From the NCBI GenBank assembly GCA_964593805.1, contig CAZQHP010000001.1:64091-128090 (forward strand): a DNA stretch of 64,000 nt. The letters are read 5' to 3'. Source of the DNA: an uncultured Candidatus Saccharibacteria bacterium. GTDB lineage: Bacteria > Patescibacteriota > Saccharimonadia > Saccharimonadales > JBBQAJ01. How positions within the stretch are numbered: the first letter of the stretch is position 1; each line of letters begins with the position of its first letter. Position numbers and translations under genes: made by a program. Of this stretch, positions 61,128 to 64,000 are shown one piece after another. Under the pieces are notes generated by a model that saw only the letters and a program-made list of their open reading frames with translations, did not search any database and was not told the DNA's origin.

Positions 61128-62447
61128 TTGAAAATTGCAGTTGTAGGTACTGGTTATGTAGGTCTTGTAACTGGAACCTGCCTAGCCGAAACGGGCAATA
61201 CGGTTGTTTGTGTTGACGTGGATCAGGCAAAAATTGCCAAAATGCAAAAAGGCCAAGTGCCCATATACGAACCCGGACTGGATGCGGTTTTTGAGCGCAA
61301 TATGGCAGAAAAAAGACTGTCTTTCACCACCGAACTAAAACATGCCGTAAAGGACGCCGAAGTAATCTTCCTCGCTCTGCCTACGCCGCCAAACGGCGAC
61401 GGGTCAGCCGACTTGTCGTACATAATGGACGTAGCTGGCGAGTTGGGAAAAATTCTGGATCACTACTGCGTGGTGGTCGATAAAAGCACCGTACCAGTCG
61501 GTACAGCTGTTAAAGTATCCGAAATCATCAACCAGAAGTCAAAAGCCAAAATAGACGTGGTTTCCAATCCTGAATTTTTGCGCGAGGGTTTTGCGGTGTC
61601 GGATTTTATGAAACCGGACCGAGTAGTAATTGGCGCCAACTCAGAACGAGCTTTTGAAGTGATGCGAAGACTATACGACCCGTTTGTACGGCAGTACAAC
61701 GCAGTTATGGAAATGGATACTGCCTCTGCTGAAATGACAAAATACGCCGCGAATGCCTTCCTGGCTCTAAAAATTTCTTATATGAATCAGGTGGCAGCGC
61801 TTTGCGAAAAGCTGGGAGCTGATGTGGACCATGTGCGTCGTGGCATTGGAGCCGATGAGCGAATCGGCAAAAGGTTTTTGTTTCCTGGCATTGGATACGG
61901 CGGCAGCTGTTTCCCAAAAGATGTAAAAGCGATTATAAACACTGCCCAAAACAGTGGCGTAAAGTTTGAAATTCTAGAAGCCGTTGAAGCCGTAAACGCC
62001 AGGCAAAAACAACTTTTGCCTGAAAAGATAAAGCAGTACTATAAGCAAAACCTAAAAGGCAAGACGTTCGCTCTGTGGGGTTTGGCTTTCAAGCCTGATA
62101 CCGACGACATACGCGAAGCACCGGCGCTTGAAATAGTGAAATCTCTGATAAAAGAAGGCGCAAAAATTGTGGCTTATGATCCCGAAGCTATGGATAACGT
62201 AAAAGCTGCCATGGCCAGCGAAACGGCACTTAGTTTTGCAGAAGACCACTACAGTGCGACTGAGGGAGCTGACGCCTTGATAATCGCTACTGACTGGCGG
62301 GAATTTGCCACGATTGATTTCTCTAAACTGAAAAAAGCACTGAAAACTCCCGTCATATTTGACGGCCGAAACATGCAGGAGCTCCATAATCTCCGCGGTC
62401 AGGGAATTTACTACGAAAGTATTGGCCGGGAGGTTGTGCGTGGCTAA
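61128..62447 (+). CDS. ugd: UDP-glucose 6-dehydrogenase
   Basis: KIAVVGTGYVGLVTGTCLAETGN and the catalytic Cys region GYGGSCFPKDV. TTG start with GAAAGGA upstream. Confidence 0.9.
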   Translation: MKIAVVGTGYVGLVTGTCLAETGNTVVCVDVDQAKIAKMQKGQVPIYEPGLDAVFERNMAEKRLSFTTELKHAVKDAEVIFLALPTPPNGDGSADLSYIMDVAGELGKILDHYCVVVDKSTVPVGTAVKVSEIINQKSKAKIDVVSNPEFLREGFAVSDFMKPDRVVIGANSERAFEVMRRLYDPFVRQYNAVMEMDTASAEMTKYAANAFLALKISYMNQVAALCEKLGADVDHVRRGIGADERIGKRFLFPGIGYGGSCFPKDVKAIINTAQNSGVKFEILEAVEAVNARQKQLLPEKIKQYYKQNLKGKTFALWGLAFKPDTDDIREAPALEIVKSLIKEGAKIVAYDPEAMDNVKAAMASETALSFAEDHYSATEGADALIIATDWREFATIDFSKLKKALKTPVIFDGRNMQELHNLRGQGIYYESIGREVVRG

Positions 62448-63318
62448 AAAAGTTATCTTAGTAACCGGAGGAGCGGGGCATGTCGGTTCGCATATAATCG
62501 AGCTGCTGGTCAAAGATGCCAACAACCAAGTAATTTCGCTCGACAACTATTTCATAGGCAAAAAAGAGAACCATATTGCCGGCGCGGAATACCGCGAAGG
62601 GCACACCAAAGACATAGATAGCTTAGTACCCGAAAACCCAGACATTGTTTATCACTTGGGTGAATACGCCCGGATTGCACCATCTTTTGACGACGTTGAA
62701 AAAGTCTATGACATGAATATAGTAGGCACGTTTGCAGTAGTAGAGTTTTGCCGCCGACGCGGCGTGGGAAAACTGGTTTATGCGGCCTCAAGCACAAAAT
62801 TTGCCATAGAAGGCAACGGCCGGCACCAAAACCCGTACGCATTTACCAAAGCAACAAATGTGGACTTAATAAATGACTACGGCAAGTGGTATGACCTGAA
62901 TTATGCTATTTGCTACTTCTACAATGCTTTTGGACCAAGGGAAAACGGCACGGGAAAGTACGCAACCGTGATAGCCAAATTTGAACAATGTTACCTAGGC
63001 GGTCAGCCCCTGCCGGTTGTAAAGCCTGGTACCCAAAGACGTAACTTTACGTATGTCAAAGACTTAGCCCGGGGTATCGTATTGGTAGGAGAAAAAGGCC
63101 AGGGCGATGGTTATGCTCTGAATAATACTAAAGGCTTTTCGATTGTTGAAATTGCAGAGGCTTTTGGAAGATCGTTAGAGTACGTCGATGGGTACGCCGG
63201 GCGGATGGAAACAGGTGATTCACCGGCGAAGGCTCGCGAGGAGCTAGGATGGGAAACCACCGTGGATATCCTCGACTACATAAAAGAATTTACTCAAAAA
63301 CACCCGAATCCAGTCTGA
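62440..63318 (+). CDS. NAD-dependent epimerase/dehydratase (SDR); candidate UDP-glucuronate decarboxylase or epimerase
   Basis: I moved the start to the GTG at 62440 (GGGAGG lies 6 nt upstream, and the start overlaps the ugd stop). Motifs are VILVTGGAGHVGSHI and YAFTKATN (YxxxK). The substrate is inferred from ugd adjacency only. Confidence 0.7.
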   Translation: MAKKVILVTGGAGHVGSHIIELLVKDANNQVISLDNYFIGKKENHIAGAEYREGHTKDIDSLVPENPDIVYHLGEYARIAPSFDDVEKVYDMNIVGTFAVVEFCRRRGVGKLVYAASSTKFAIEGNGRHQNPYAFTKATNVDLINDYGKWYDLNYAICYFYNAFGPRENGTGKYATVIAKFEQCYLGGQPLPVVKPGTQRRNFTYVKDLARGIVLVGEKGQGDGYALNNTKGFSIVEIAEAFGRSLEYVDGYAGRMETGDSPAKAREELGWETTVDILDYIKEFTQKHPNPV

Positions 63319-63349
63319 AACGAGAAAATAATTTGGTAAGATATATTAG

Positions 63350-64000
63350 ATGATAACCGTAATTATTGCTGGCGGGTCGGGAACGCGCCTGTGGCCGCTG
63401 TCCACGCCAGAGTTTCCTAAGCATTTGCTCAAAATTAATAACGATAGCAAATCACTGCTTCAAAACACCTATGAACGCGCCAAAAATATCAGCAGCGCCG
63501 TATATGTAGTCACCGACGCCAGCCACGCCCACCACATCAAAGAGCAGTTGCCAGAGCTAAAAGACACTGCGTTTATAGTTGAACCAGCCAGACGTGGCAC
63601 AGCCAGCTGTATAGTAGCCGCGCTGGCTCACTTGACCGACAAGCACGATGTAAGCGAGCCAATTGCAGTCCTTTCTGCCGACCACTACATACGTGATACA
63701 GCGGGCTTTGAGCACAGTTTTAAGGTCGCGGCCGAAGCCTCTAAGCAGTCGGGAAGAATTGTCTTAGTTGGTGTTGAGCCTGACCACCCGGCTACAGGGT
63801 TCGGTTACATACAAAAAGACGGGATTTTTGATGAGAAATCTTTTGTATATAACGTGCACTCGTTCAAAGAAAAACCAGAATTTGACGTGGCCAGTGAATA
63901 CGTCAAAAGTGGCAATTACCTTTGGAACTGCGGTTATTTTGTAGGTTCGCTCAACACATTCAAAAAAAATATGAAGGCTCACGCCGAAGGCATGCTGGCT
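63350..64000 (+). CDS. manC: Mannose-1-phosphate guanylyltransferase, 3' end cut by window edge (not in ORF track)
   Basis: My translation is MITVIIAGGSGTRLWPLSTPEFPKHLL...GFGYIQ...FKEKP...YLWNCGYF, open to the window end. Confidence 0.85.
   Translation, partial: MITVIIAGGSGTRLWPLSTPEFPKHLLKINNDSKSLLQNTYERAKNISSAVYVVTDASHAHHIKEQLPELKDTAFIVEPARRGTASCIVAALAHLTDKHDVSEPIAVLSADHYIRDTAGFEHSFKVAAEASKQSGRIVLVGVEPDHPATGFGYIQKDGIFDEKSFVYNVHSFKEKPEFDVASEYVKSGNYLWNCGYFVGSLNTFKKNMKAHAEGMLA

Noticed and set aside
62052-62546. Minus-strand 164-aa ORF spanning the ugd/SDR junction, and the 27-codon N-terminal extension of the SDR ORF (track start 62359)
   Set aside because: The minus-strand ORF is antisense to two strongly motif-supported genes. 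The SDR more plausibly starts at the GTG at 62440, which has a GGGAGG 6 nt upstream.
1-64000. CRISPR arrays, rRNA operons, tmRNA/RNase P/SRP RNAs in intergenic gaps
   Set aside because: No regularly spaced direct repeats were seen, and no recognisable conserved cores of these RNAs appear in the larger gaps (8517-8870, 28390-28639, 30008-30498). The gaps are better explained by hairpin repeats, operators and DnaA boxes.

Overview
This 64-kb window looks like a compact, gene-dense chromosome segment from a small-genome monoderm-type bacterium. My inference from gene content is Candidatus Saccharibacteria/Patescibacteria-like, read with the standard genetic code. It has four blocks. (1) 1-9.7 kb holds housekeeping and small genes: valS (5'-truncated), an HTH-HAD fusion, HIT, an EEP-family nuclease/phosphatase, four tRNAs, comFC and hsp20. 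(2) 9.8-26.2 kb is a type IV secretion-like locus. It has six tandem VirB2-type pilin paralogues, a giant VirB6-like protein, a PrgI/VirB3-like protein, a VirB4 ATPase, a two-domain cell-wall hydrolase and several large proteins with no recognisable family. I see no coupling protein, relaxase or integrase anywhere in the window. Two four-helix-bundle (23S rRNA IVS protein / Avd-like) genes, each enclosed by long inverted repeats, punctuate this locus. (3) 26.2-33.3 kb is the replication-origin neighbourhood: recF-dnaN-dnaA on the minus strand and rpmH-rnpA-yidC-jag on the plus strand. DnaA-box clusters lie on both sides of dnaA, followed by an IS200/RAYT-type Y1 transposase flanked by 42-bp REP-like inverted repeats. 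(4) 33.3-64 kb encodes a giant SGNH-hydrolase surface protein and a roughly 26-kb cell-surface glycan locus. That locus has gmd, manC, an Fcl/ColC-family gene, a ColD-type 3-dehydratase, ugd, many GT4/GT2 glycosyltransferases, Wzm/Wzt, a Wzx-like flippase, methyltransferases, a GT-C-like membrane protein and a secreted protein with two bulb-type mannose-lectin domains. No rRNA genes or CRISPR arrays were seen. All functional calls come from reading motifs by eye. No database search was run.
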